This document shows, piece by piece, positions 54,501-63,700 of a DNA stretch of 64,000 bases; positions within the stretch are counted from its first letter, which is position 1, and each line of letters opens with the position of its first letter. The stretch lies in assembly GCA_002633005.1 (NCBI GenBank), contig NMRA01000284.1, forward strand, positions 392,978 to 456,977, written 5' to 3'. The position numbers and the translations under genes were made by a program. Origin of the DNA: Phoronis australis (Eukaryota; Animalia; Phoronida). Below the pieces are notes generated by a model that was not told where the DNA came from, searched no databases, and saw nothing but the letters and a program-made list of their open reading frames with translations.

Positions 54501-56513
54501 TGTCCGCAAAAAACTCCAAAAGAAGGGCAATAGTTTACCTGACACATGTTGCAAATATCTTTAAGTTTCCTTCATCGCTTAAAACTGAAATTGCACACAC
54601 CAAATGCTAATCCCGTGAGAGTCTATGGACTTGGCAACTGCAAAGTTGCTCTAATAATATGCTGTGTATATTGTCAGGCCAAAAATTACATTGATATTGA
54701 TATGCCTGACTTGGTGAGCCACGGCATTTAAAGCTTTTCTGGCACGTGTTTGTAGGACGTTAGAAAAAATTTAATTTTTAGACCTTGGCTGAAATTAATG
54801 CTGGTGAGTTTTGGCGAAGCGAACTGAATTGCTTCTTTTGGCCCTTATTATTCGTTGTATTAAGTGCTGCTTGAGTAATATTGTTGTTTTTTTACTAAAT
54901 GCTTGAATTTTATTATCCTTCATGAAATCTGGAAAGTTAGCATTTCGTGTTTTCTATTGTTATACTGTAGTCAGAATGGACCTCGCCCATGGTGAGCTAT
55001 AATCTCCATTCTACCACGGTATATAACTACTAGTGATTATTTTTTGCTTAAAAACACTTCATTCTTATTTCTTTTTCTCTTTGAATTTTGTTATTTTTGA
55101 CCCGCCAATGTAGCGGCTGCATTCAATANAAAATCAAGATTCTTTTTCTTCCAAATTATTAGAAACAAATAACATAAGATGAGGAATATTTACAGAAATG
55201 CAGTTGTCCGCAAAAAACTCCAAAAGAAGGGCAATAGTTTACCTGACACAGGTTGCAGATATTTTTTAGGCTTCCTTCATCGCTGAAAACTGAAATTGCA
55301 CGCACCAAATGCTTATCTCGTGAGAGTCTATGGACTTGGCAACTGCAAAGTTGCTCTGATAATATGCTGTGTATATTGTCAGGCCAAAAATTACATTGAT
55401 ATTGATATGCCTGACTTGGTGAGCCACGGCATTTAAAGCTTTTCTGGCATGTGTTTGTACGACGTTAGAAAAAAATTTTTTTTAGACCTTGGTTGAAATT
55501 AATGCTGGTGAGTTTTGGCGAAGCGAACTGAATTGCTTCTTTTGGCCCTTATTATTCGTTGTATTAAGTGCTGCTTGAGTAATATTGTTGTTTTTTACTA
55601 AATGCTTGAATTTTATTATCCTTCATGAAATCTGGAAAGTTAGCATTTCGTGTTTTCTATTGTTATACTGTAGTCAGAATGGACCTCGCCCATGGTGAGC
55701 TATAATCTCCATTCTACCACGGTATATAACTACTAGTGATTATTTTTTGCTTAAAAACACTTCATTCTTATTTCTTTTTCTCTTTGAATTTTGTTATTTT
55801 TGACCCGCCAATGTAGCGGCTGCATTCAATACAATTTTAACAGCCACAGCCCAACGAACACTATACTGGGCGGTGAGGTAGGAAAGTAGACACTGGCAAA
55901 CAGAGGTGCCGCACATTTAATTGAGTAGAGATTTTAAAGTGGAGCGTCTATGGGTTGCTCAAACTTTGCCAACTTCTTAACATCTGCAATGCAATCCACA
56001 AAATCAAAAAATTTGTTGGTAATGAAAGAATCAACGTAAAAAGTTCACTTTACAGCAATGTTTAACATGACCGACAAGTTAAATTCTTTTTCTGTTGTCA
56101 AATTTCTAAGCATAATAAAGATTGAGAAAATTTTAGTCTACTAATAGCATGGTTTATACTGTGTAGATGCCACAAAACAGTTTACTGAAAATAAAGTAAT
56201 CAACAGCCTTTACAGAATGGAAAAACAGCAATTTTGGGAATTATTTTTCTGTGAAATAAGTGGAAAATCTCCATAAAACTAACATTACACTGGCCAAGAT
56301 GTTAAAATCAAACAATGCTGAAAAGATGCTAGTATAAAGCGATATGCTCAAGGTATCATGATGTGACTTAATGTTAAGGATCTGTTACCTGCTATCCTGG
56401 GACGAGGCATCAAAGGAACGAATGGCGTTCAAGCTTCGTTCATTGACCTGTAGACGGCGCCTCATGTCCTCAATGTTACGCATCAAGTGTTCCTGATCCG
56501 ATAACACAGACAT
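327..56513 (-). CDS. CCDC18: CCDC18-like coiled-coil protein, multi-exon, 3' end outside window
   Basis: 18 coding exons with GT-AG boundaries and continuous phase. Segments resemble vertebrate CCDC18 as I recall it: DQEHLMRNIEDMRRRLQVNERSL (cf. [23 protein letters not shown]), QLRNDNDKLVTQNQKLL...QLQQSKAK (cf. LRQQNACLVTQNHSLM...ELTQSRAK), LIADLRLKLALKDAEVQK (cf. LIAELRIKLAIKEAEIQK). Confidence 0.85.
660..830 (+). pseudogene. Fragment paralogous to the N-terminus of the patatin-like pseudogene
   Basis: gcgacgacatgatgaaatacatcttgtcgctagatg aligns with minus-strand gcggcgacatgatgaaatacgtgtctctagatg at ~33665-33633; MMKYILSLD and RTFASIFRNFLQSSC vs KTFPSIFIKTLRPSC. Confidence 0.45.
1387..1550 (-). 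CDS. CCDC18: CCDC18-like coding exon 17
   Basis: ccacag|RTQDEKKELSNE...DEKAEL|gtaagt, 164 nt. Confidence 0.85.
1767..2077 (-). CDS. CCDC18: CCDC18-like coding exon 16
   Basis: ttgcag|VKKLEKQIKYLK...RETSDTL(R)|gtgagt, 311 nt. Confidence 0.85.
2842..3015 (-). CDS. CCDC18: Second copy of exon 15 (probable allelic duplicate)
   Basis: Encodes the same protein as 3841-4014, inside a ~1 kb duplication split by a single N at 3059. Confidence 0.55.
3841..4014 (-). CDS. CCDC18: CCDC18-like coding exon 15 (copy right of the N gap)
   Basis: tttcag|ELKEKTRQNEEALK...RERHEAE|gtgagg, 174 nt. Confidence 0.8.
4330..4464 (-). CDS. CCDC18: CCDC18-like coding exon 14
   Basis: caacag|LQEKCEDKDSQ...LQATSR|gtgagt, 135 nt. 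Confidence 0.85.
4855..5185. repeat. Degenerate low-complexity tandem repeat (aatatcacc/ttccac)
   Basis: Recurring aatatcac and atttccaccaacaaga units next to the exon 13 donor. Confidence 0.6.
5189..5431 (-). CDS. CCDC18: CCDC18-like coding exon 13
   Basis: tttgtag|LRKKSQQISTLEQQLDEK...QFEQQIDI|gtgagt, 243 nt (absent from the ORF track). Confidence 0.85.
5698..5792. mobile_element. ~100 bp palindromic MITE-like element, copy 1
   Basis: gtcacttaca..gggtccc..gaaccagttt / aaactggttc..gggaccc..tgtaagtgac; related copies at 6150-6253 and, inverted, at 17083-17160. Confidence 0.65.
6150..6253. mobile_element. ~100 bp palindromic MITE-like element, copy 2
   Basis: ttttgagaaccagttt...aaactggttctcaaaa core shared with 5698-5792. 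Confidence 0.6.
6456..7019. mobile_element. PIF/Harbinger (Tourist-like) MITE
   Basis: ~40 bp terminal inverted repeats (ggctgttccagtaaaatctgtatgggaggggggaaggca / tgccttcccccctcccacacagattttgctggaacagccc) flanked by TTA on both sides; subterminal accacc repeats. Confidence 0.8.
7174..7394 (-). CDS. CCDC18: CCDC18-like coding exon 12
   Basis: tttcag|DRKSQELEQIISRLE...TNMERE|gtgggt, 221 nt. Confidence 0.85.
7796..8012. mobile_element. MITE-like element with ~25 bp terminal inverted repeats
   Basis: gcatgggcattctcatta ... tagtgagaatgcccaatgc. Confidence 0.55.
8065..8207 (-). CDS. CCDC18: CCDC18-like coding exon 11
   Basis: ctgcag|LKLALKDAEVQKYQA...VERARV|gtcagt, 143 nt; donor chosen to match the next exon's phase. 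Confidence 0.8.
8938..9086 (-). CDS. CCDC18: CCDC18-like coding exon 10 (Ser-rich linker)
   Basis: ctcccag|GSVGSATSDSGF...KSLIADL(R)|gttggc, 149 nt. Confidence 0.8.
9492..9661 (-). CDS. CCDC18: CCDC18-like coding exon 9
   Basis: gtgcag|KLEAELRSS...ENEELRLQIDTQQERLSACQREIE...TTPN|gtaagt, 170 nt. Confidence 0.85.
9700..9930. repeat. Degenerate ~23-bp tandem repeat with palindromic ATTCATGAAT core
   Basis: ctattcatgaatttgttggacac repeated and decaying. Confidence 0.75.
10304..10407 (-). CDS. CCDC18: CCDC18-like coding exon 8
   Basis: tttcag|RLQEYDIESREG...RQTQKI|gtgaga, 104 nt. Confidence 0.8.
10741..10968. repeat. Degenerate 20-bp minisatellite (acaccagcccctacctgatg), ~11 units
   Basis: Visible periodicity directly adjoining the exon 7 donor. 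Confidence 0.8.
10967..11088 (-). CDS. CCDC18: CCDC18-like coding exon 7
   Basis: tttcag|SQNNEDFLRDSL...EELQEEI(R)|gtaggg, 122 nt. Confidence 0.8.
11410..11652. repeat. 30-bp minisatellite (gaaaatgtgacaaacagttctatgcaatgt), ~8 units
   Basis: Near-perfect tandem units; explains the repetitive ORFs on both strands. Confidence 0.95.
11726..11822 (-). CDS. CCDC18: CCDC18-like coding exon 6
   Basis: ttacag|AEDQSASALQSVEDLQTSLEEYQRKARDNIKK|gtgact, 97 nt. Confidence 0.85.
12330..12500 (-). CDS. CCDC18: CCDC18-like coding exon 5
   Basis: ttttcag|DAEQRCDEC...LERERKQRK(R)|gtgcga, 171 nt. Confidence 0.8.
13110..13219 (-). CDS. CCDC18: CCDC18-like coding exon 4
   Basis: cttcag|VQRLTEELL...AQEKAL(R)|gtacag, 110 nt. 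Confidence 0.85.
22281..22463 (-). CDS. CCDC18: CCDC18-like coding exon 3
   Basis: ttttcag|KSSLKQF...QLQQSKAK|gtggg, 183 nt, phase 0/0; tandem CAGAAG acceptor. Confidence 0.85.
23201..23659. mobile_element. DNA transposon terminus with subterminal TTAA(C/G)CGCCC repeats, truncated at an N
   Basis: Starts taccgtaa, followed by ~7 copies of ttaa(c/g)cgccc; GC-richer than flanks; ends at N 23660. Confidence 0.6.
27620..27892. repeat. 54-bp minisatellite, ~5 units
   Basis: Unit accaaaataaaggtactgcatttcccatgtaccaactg(cg/tt)taccatggctacca. Confidence 0.95.
28160..30400. repeat. ~1.1 kb direct duplication across the N at 29265
   Basis: 28160-29264 vs 29300-30400 are near-identical. Confidence 0.85.
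32640..33724 (-). pseudogene. Degraded, intron-containing patatin-like phospholipase gene nested in the CCDC18 intron
   Basis: Ordered motif remnants: MKYVSLDGGGVVGGLSS (33657-33605), ggtacagtcaggtggc resembling a frameshifted G-T-S-T-G-G (33316-33301), PKLLRKY (~32810), AVPRTY (~32725), GHRFV (~32685); stops and frameshifts throughout. Confidence 0.5.
35815..36130 (-). mobile_element. Degraded YqaJ/lambda-exonuclease-like (PD-(D/E)XK) domain, probably transposon-derived
   Basis: Ordered remnants across frameshifts: PFSPSPYGRVHCS (cf. ASPDG..C), NLEITC (cf. LEIKC), HYA..QVFT (cf. YY.Q.Q.Q), DFVLST (cf. CDFVVWT), SVQYVKFN. Confidence 0.5.
39745..39810 (-). mobile_element. tRNA-derived SINE head remnant
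   Basis: Minus strand gtgatctagttg (A-box-like) ... ggattcaaatcccactagac (B-box-like). Confidence 0.4.
39846..42004. repeat. ~1 kb direct duplication across the gap 40834-40920
   Basis: 39846-40833 vs 40921-42004 are near-identical. Confidence 0.85.
40921..41068. repeat. 41-bp tandem repeat (tataatggtataacctcacaaatttaggacaaaatatggcg)
   Basis: More than 3 units here, 2 units in the matching copy at 39828-39909. Confidence 0.85.
49900..50040. repeat. Dispersed repeat family (copies ~56130-56270; inverted ~46135-46230 and ~16590-16745)
   Basis: Shared tgtgtagatg(t/c)cacaaaaca and aattatttttgtgcgaaa blocks. Confidence 0.5.
54156..54333 (-). CDS. CCDC18: CCDC18-like coding exon 2
   Basis: cctcacag acceptor; (R)LMIVSPSLPRDNAENL...PMNSTPIK; AAG|gtattg; 178 nt bridges phase 2 to phase 0. 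Confidence 0.7.
54426..55831. repeat. ~0.7 kb direct duplication across the N at 55129
   Basis: 54426-55128 vs 55130-55831 are near-identical. Confidence 0.85.
56389..56513 (-). CDS. CCDC18: CCDC18-like first coding exon (exon spans 56389-56527)
   Basis: ttttag acceptor at 56528-9; MSVLSDQEHLMRNIEDMRRRLQVNERSLNAIRSFDASSQDS; AG|gtaac donor, phase 2. Confidence 0.8.
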
Positions 56514-57964
56514 CTTGTGAGCATGACCTAAAATATACAGTATTCAATGAATAGACAACTGTAAGTGACGAAAAAACGTTTTTTGTCTTGCTTTTTGTCT
56601 AGTACATGAATATGTCAATCTCAATATGGCGTGCAAAATATGTTTGCAAAATACTTTTTGTCTTGTAGTTTATTTGCATCAAATTGTTTCTGAAAGTCCA
56701 GGACTTCTTTAATTGACTATTGCTGAAAGTAATACAGATCATGGGGGGCTGCCCACGGTCTATAGGCGGTAGTTTTGCTTCGGAACCATTAGCCTTGGTA
56801 CAAAACTGTATAAATAAAAAGGCTATGGAACATCATGGGTAAAAAATTGCCAAATAAAATCTGACACAATTTAATGTCATTGAAAACGACATTCTCCCTT
56901 TTGTAAAGCAGATAGGTTATGGGTGCTAAGAAAATAATCGTTGCACTGTTATTCTGCTGAGCACTTAAATTTGTGTAGTGATGTTTCAGCTTTGAGCACC
57001 ACCTATAGGGCATTTTGTTTTTCGCGAATTCTTCATCAACTGCTCTTTCACAAGGTTTTGTATAGTCCATAACAAATTACTGAAACTGGTTCCACTTCGT
57101 TACAGGATTTTTGTATTTTATTACCAGCCAGTCGAATTTCTGATCAAATTTTGCTTTGGCAAAGTTATCATCACCTTCTGGAAGATGTTGCAAATGGCAC
57201 ATGCTTGTCACAAGCGTATTACTAAGGTTTTCAAGTTGACAACAGACTATTCTTCGTAACATAAGCCGAAGAATGACGTAAGAAAATAATGTTGATTTAA
57301 TTGTTTTTTTTTTTGCTTAAACGAATACACGGATACAGATGGGGTTAAATTTTAAGATATAAAAAATTGCACGGTAGTTATTTTTTGGCATGAGACTTTT
57401 AAAGGTATTAGTCAAAATGACTAATGTATCTGAAAACTTTTCAGCCATTTTCAAAAATTATCAGCCAAATACTTTCTCTTCTCCCAACCCCTGCAAATGA
57501 TAATAATATAGTTACACAGACCAATATTTTATTTTAAGTTATGCACAGGTCCTTTTCATAAATGTACTATAAGAAAGGGCACTTGCCTTAAGAAAAAAAC
57601 AAAACAAAAACAAATGACCAACATTCCAAGGTCATATAGCAACCTAATAAGTTGGAAGGGGTGTCAGCCAACACGGGTTTTATTATGACCTAAAAAGTTT
57701 GGGCAGAGGTTCCCCCTATACCCGAGTTACTGCCTGTGTACGCCGGCCACATGGATGTTGACCTTAAAAAAAATTGGACAGGGGTTCCCCCCTATCCCAA
57801 GGTTCCGGCAGTGGTACGCCGGCCACATGACCAAGACATTAAGCTAAATCGTGCATAGTAGTGAATATAAAACTTATTAAGTAACAAATTGACATCTACC
57901 TTAAATTGCTTTCTATCAGCCAACACCGAAATGCAAACGCATCCCAGTCTCGCAATAACTTTTT

Positions 57965-58278
57965 TTAGGGCCCTCCCTTGATTTTGGGGCCGAATGTTGA
58001 CCCAATTCCATTCCGAAAAATAGAAAAATCACGCAAAACTCCCCTCCTGAAGCCCAAAATTGCCCTCAAGTGATTGAAAAATTTCCCTTGATGTTCGAAC
58101 AATTTGTAACTCACACAGGTCACAATTTGAAAGAACGCAAAATGTTACTTTTAGCTACTTGAGGCAGAGCTTATGAGGGCTTGGGGAGGTGCTATTGATG
58201 GTGAATTTTCCACTCACCGCAAAAAATTCCCCTCTCAGAAGGCACAGGCACCTTTCCTCTCGGATAATCGAGGGCCTG
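57965..58278. mobile_element. Non-autonomous hAT-like dispersed repeat (related copy 25110-25430)
   Basis: Termini tagggccctc...gagggcctg; gctacttgaggca and cctctcagaaggcacagg blocks shared with 25283-25400. Confidence 0.5.
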
Positions 58279-60420
58279 TTTTTACACTTGTGACATTTAG
58301 CGAGTTGACTAGGTATGGAATGTGACATATTTTGATTTAAAGAGACAACAAATTCGTAGGGGGGTGGTTGACAGACATGAAATGGAACATTCGCTTGCAA
58401 TTTTTAGAGTAGGACTCCGAATCGAAGTAAGAATGTCGTTGGTGACACGACTTGGTTTGACCTGACTGTGAGTCGACACGAGAATAGGTTACCCGACATT
58501 AATTTTTGTTGTCAAATGTCAAGTTGCAAAAGCATTCACCAAGTTGGCAAATGGACTTAGCTCTCAGGGACTAGCCACTCACCCAGTCGCCAATGCAAGT
58601 AAAATGGTGCTGGGCGAGTAGAAGTTGACTTGCCGGTCGCCCAGGTGACGAGCAAATTTTCAGAGCGCAAAAGCACTATATCGTTTCCCAGATGAACATG
58701 AACAAATTTTCTCCTCCTTGTGCTGTTTTTCTCATGAATTTAAGGTTCAGTTAGGTCAGCGTGTGAATGCTCCAGCAGTAAAAAAACATCTGCGCAGTGC
58801 GATCCTACCGATTCAATAGATGTCACCCGTTACGCGATTCGTCTAGACAAAAGATCACAGTGTGTGGTTGTGCACAAAGGAATTTGTGGACTAGTCCGAA
58901 ACGAAGAAAAGGGGGAAAGGCGGAAGACCGGTCCATGTGCACACAGCAAGTGAAATACGCATATTTCTTGGAACCAATTTCTTATTGCAATGTACAATGT
59001 CATTTTAGCCAAAATTATTTTATAAATAATTACATTCGTCCAAATAAGCACCCATGCCCCAAAGCGCTCCCCACTCATTTTCAGACATCGCTAAAAGAAG
59101 CGCCCAGTCCAAGAACATGTAAATATGCGAAAAATGCCTTACCTAAAGTTCTAAAATTCTACAGTAATGTCTTCAATTTATCAATAATATCTGACAGGCC
59201 TGAAAAATCATCGTGCGTGGAATTTCTAGACAAGCTTCGCCGCTATGTTGGTATTTAGCCGTGGCTGTATACACTTCAAAAAGAGCGCAAAAGTTTTGCT
59301 GATCTTGCAAGGAACATGTCACACTATATGACCATCTCTACAGCAGATAGCCTTGGTGCAAAGCTGTATAATTAGTTTCATTAAAAACTATACTCTTCCT
59401 TCAGTAAACTAAATTGCTGGAAAATTGGCGTTCTACTGTTATTATGCTGCTAAAGTTGTGGAGCAATCTTATGCACCGGCATTTAGCACCATGAAATATA
59501 GCGTCATCTATTGGCCACTGTTTCTTTTTTCACCGATAAAACTGTTCTTCTTCCATGAGGTTGCATTACCTTTCACAACAAATTATCGGAACTGGTTTCA
59601 TTTTGTTATAAGTGTTTAGTATTCTAATACTAGCAAACTGAATTTCAGAACAAACTTTGCTGCTGGGAAGCTGCCATCATCTCTCAAGAGATGTCACAGA
59701 GAATTTAGAAAATGGCGCGTGCGCGTGGTCATGAGCGTACTGTTTTCAAAGCAATGACATACTTTTCATTGTAACAAAAGGCAGAGAATTACGCAAGACA
59801 ATGACGTTTATTAGATTGTTTTTTACTTAAACGGCTTTAACAGACAAGGTGAGTCAGGTGAGTGTCGGTTGATTCCCAGATTTTGCATGCACCCCGTCCG
59901 GTCTTTACAGCTTTACATGTTGATACAAGTTTCACGGCGCGGTGACGAGCAGAACTACCCTGGCTGTGTGCAATTTCGGGGTCTACGGAAGAAATACACA
60001 CAGTGGGACCTAGCTGTATTTTGACGACAGTCTTCATACAGCTAGCTGGCTGGCTAGCAAATTTGCTGAAAAACTTTCGGCCACAGCATGTTAAGATATG
60101 CAGTCTCCTAAGCGAATGCTCCTCGACCTAAAAGATAATTGCCTATTCAGTCAGCGATTGGCAACTTGCAGTTCCACTCCACTGATCTCCACTCACTCCA
60201 ACTACGACTACAATCGGACTACATCTACAGAACAGTCCAGGCAGAGGAGAGACAAGTCAAGAGTCATAAGATAATTGTCAAAAAAGCAAGGGAGTCCCGT
60301 CGTCCGGTCTTTGTTCTTACTTGATAGTTTGAACATCGAACAGGAAATTGCACCACAGAAAAGCGAGCACAAAATTTTACAAGTGTCCTAACTTTGACTG
60401 GTCTCGAAGAGAAAAGTTAC

Positions 60421-60510
60421 CTTCGGGCTCTGTAACCACAAACTATTCCTTGTGTTATTTCGGATATCAATAAACTTTCAACTTCCAGAAACCGCCGACA
60501 GACGTCATGA
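60421..60510 (-). other. Putative non-coding first exon of the CCDC18-like gene
   Basis: AAG|gtaact donor at 60419-20, with an alternative CAA|gtaaga at 60319-20, next to the RPL5 promoter; TSS position is approximate. Confidence 0.4.
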
Positions 60511-60720
60511 GTTTGAGAGTAGAAAATTTTTGCAAAGGTGTAAGTTAAAAACTAAAAATCGTCTTTTAATAAAATATGTTAGCACAATAAAAATTTTATG
60601 AACAATAAAATCACATAAAATACATTAATTATGAATATTTTGACATTCAAGATTTTGACAAGCGCCCTTACGTTTTGAGACTATTAATGGCGCATGCGCC
60701 CTGATACTTCCTTTTCCGTG
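60490..60720. promoter_or_regulatory. Bidirectional promoter with NRF1 palindrome, YY1-like AATGGCG, CRE-like GACGTCA and TCT/5'TOP initiator
   Basis: GCGCATGCGC at 60690-60699; pyrimidine tract CTTCCTTTTCC at 60707-60717, typical of ribosomal-protein TSSs; GACGTCA at 60501. Confidence 0.7.
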
Positions 60721-60782
60721 GAACATCAGCCCCCAGCCGATGCTATCAAAAATTTTGAAACTTCGTTTCAAAATTTCATAAA

Positions 60783-63700
60783 ATGGTGAGGTGATCTAGC
60801 TTCATCTAATACAGGAGCATGTAACACGTTCATAAAGGATTTTCATAAGCTGATTTTCGACTGCCGATGACTTTTTGAATCTTTGATTTTGACAGATTAA
60901 TGCCAAGCTTCTCCCCAATGTACGCTAACTTCAACGTGGATTCCGCCATGAAAATCGCAATGATTCAGAAAATTTGTAATTAATTGCATTTAATTTTGTC
61001 TGAAAGAAGTAGGGTCATGACGTTTCCTCGAAGTGGACTGTCGCACTTTCGTTTCATTTCGTGTATACCTGTCTGAGATGTGGCAGAGGTTCATCCAGAA
61101 TTAAAAATGGGTTTGCCAATTTCTCAGGCGCCATCATGACCTAAACGTGTTGATAAATAGTCAGATAGTTGGTCCATTATTCGAAAGTGGTTTGTGGTCA
61201 TTGCATTTTTTCTTGTGTCATGGCACAAAAATCATCAGAAAGTAGATAGTAGACCATTTGGGAAAACAAACCACTCTTAACATGAAGGATTTCATCATTT
61301 ATGCAACAAACTCTTTGTAACAACTTTTTTGAATGGCGAAGTTGCGTTGCCATTCGACTTCAACGTAGCCGCTCGTGGCGCTGACATGCGGTGATTTAGT
61401 GGAAAGTGTTAATGTGCATCAGTTTGACAGAATTTCTGAAAATGAAATAATTATCAATTGAAGGAGTGATAAAGTCTTCATCTAAAAATCGGGGTGGGGG
61501 GGCATATTGCGCAATTGCAAAAACATCAATCTCCCGACCAACCAAAATTGGGCCTTCTGAACGATTGAAAACTCGCCATGAAAACTTGGCCTTGACTTCG
61601 AGAAAAGAACTTGAGGAGGTGCGCACGCATCTAAACTACATCATGTTCATTTCATATTTGTAAACGAGAGTATAGTGTTCTTTTTGATTGGAGGAACAAG
61701 AGGTCCTTTTCGAAAGTCGATCATACAGCAGAAAATCGTGCACTAAAAAGCTTACAAAAATGATTTATGAGTGATTATTCGTGACAAAAAGATTACAAAC
61801 TTACAAATTAAGATCAAAGGTAACGATTTATAATACAAAGTTGTCTTATAGTTAACTTTGAAATCTGAAATCTGGTAATTTACCGATGTGGATTTTACAC
61901 GGAGGCAGATATGGAGCACCGTGACCTACTTTTTGATTGTCCACCCTAATTACTGTTTGAATTTTTGCAATTTTGTTTTGTTAGCAATATGCAGCAGAAG
62001 CTGGTTCTCAAATTGGGAGAGTTTCTCCTGATCGGGAGAAAAATTTTTCTTTTGATCTGGAGATATTCTCCCAATTGGGGGAATGAATGTTACAAAGTGT
62101 CTTGGAGGGAAAACGTTATCAATCGGGGAAATTCAAGTTTGATACCATTGAATAGAGTGTGAAAAATTACTGGGAATTAAAAATTGACCTGGTCTATTTT
62201 GGTTTGTGAGACTGATCACCTCTTTTCAGTTTTTGCTATAACCCAACAGTACTGTTGATCATGTTGTTTGCGAAGAATTACCATAGTAAGCTATAACTGA
62301 TCTTGGTAAGTTACTTTTTTATCCATTTACAGGGTTTTGTCAAAGTTGTGAAGAACAAGCAGTACTTTAAGCGCTTCCAAGTGAAGTTCAAGCGTAGGAG
62401 AGGTAAATTGATAGAACTACAACTTAAAACGGTGCTATTTTGTTGTAAATAGCTTTTAAGCTTCATGGTGACATATTTTTTGGAGACAATGCATCATCAC
62501 CTTACTTATGCGATGATCTTCCTGTAGTTCTTGCTACGGGAAAAAACCTGTTGGTTTCTTAATATATCAGTTGGGAAGTTGGCAGCAATTAAAAAAGTAG
62601 GAGACTGTTAGTATCCGCACAATGATCTTGCCTTGTTCCTTGCCACTTGTTCAAATATAATTGAGAAAATCACGTTCCTGAGGACTGGTTTATCAATGAA
62701 AATAATAAAATGGTGTATTTGTGGTCATTGAAGACTCGTTGCCTTCCATTTGTTACTAATTTCAGTTCATTTCTTCCAAAATCCACCATTCCGTTACTAT
62801 TTTAAGATTCCTGAACAAGCTTTACAAATCTCTTACAAAATGTGGCACGAACAGTGCTTGAAATTTTCCTATTTGTTTTTAATCGTAAACGTTTCATTGT
62901 GAGCTGATCCTGGCCCAATTTTTGATACTTGGACGTATGACGTTTAAGTTCCATGACAATTGAAATAGTTGGAAAATAGCTTTATCAGACGTTACGATGG
63001 TCTTAATTAAGTTGAGCATTTCCAGTGGAATCTCATTGTGGTTGTTGCATTTTGACGTATTTTTGCAGCGATGAATAACCACCGGCAACCTCCATGGCTT
63101 TTTTGAGCCGCATAGTAGGAAGCTTGTCACTAGCAACAAGTTTCCTTGTTCAGAGGTCTTATGTTGTACCTTGTCTTTCAGATGGTAAGACCGACTACTA
63201 TGCCCGCAAGCGCCTGGTTGTACAAGTCAAGAACAAGTACAACACTCCAAAATACCGCATGATTGTTCGCTTCACCAATAAAGACATTGTTTGTCAGGTC
63301 AGTACTGGTTAGCCCGGTATACATATTTCAAAGCTCCGTGTGCTTGACGATAGTTGGTGTCGAGCAGTTGCTAGTGAGTTTCCGCCAAAATGTTTCTGAG
63401 CTCGAGTAGGATTGTGAAATTTGCTGCTAGGTGACCTAGCCTTGTTGGATGTGATGGAGGTGAGACTGATGTCTACAAGTCTCTTGAGATTCAGATCCCA
63501 CTCGTTGAATCAAAGCAATCCCAGTAATGAAAACTTTACTTCTTGTGTTCAATACTTGAGACTATTTATGGTCACTTTCCGGGGTTAATTTCTCATTAAG
63601 ACATAATCAGTCATTTATTGTTTGATGACTCGATCATGAAGGTATTATTAATTTGCGATTTAACCGATTGGTTCTCTTTTACCTGCAGATAGCGTACGCC

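Noticed and set aside
58797-59258. 153-aa plus-strand ORF
   Set aside because: GTG start, overlaps a degenerate taagc(a/g)ccc-type transposon fragment and has no protein-like features.
63224-63232. RPL5 QVK instead of the usual animal QDK, and RRRD instead of RRRE
   Set aside because: These positions vary among eukaryotes as I recall, and a single-base error or polymorphism cannot be excluded; not evidence of a pseudogene.
63300-63610. snoRNA in RPL5 intron 3 (vertebrate RPL5 hosts U21 and U66)
   Set aside because: No canonical RUGAUGA...CUGA pair with a terminal stem, and no U21-like guide sequence seen. The structured part (gagattcagatcccactcg) looks more like a decayed tRNA-SINE head.
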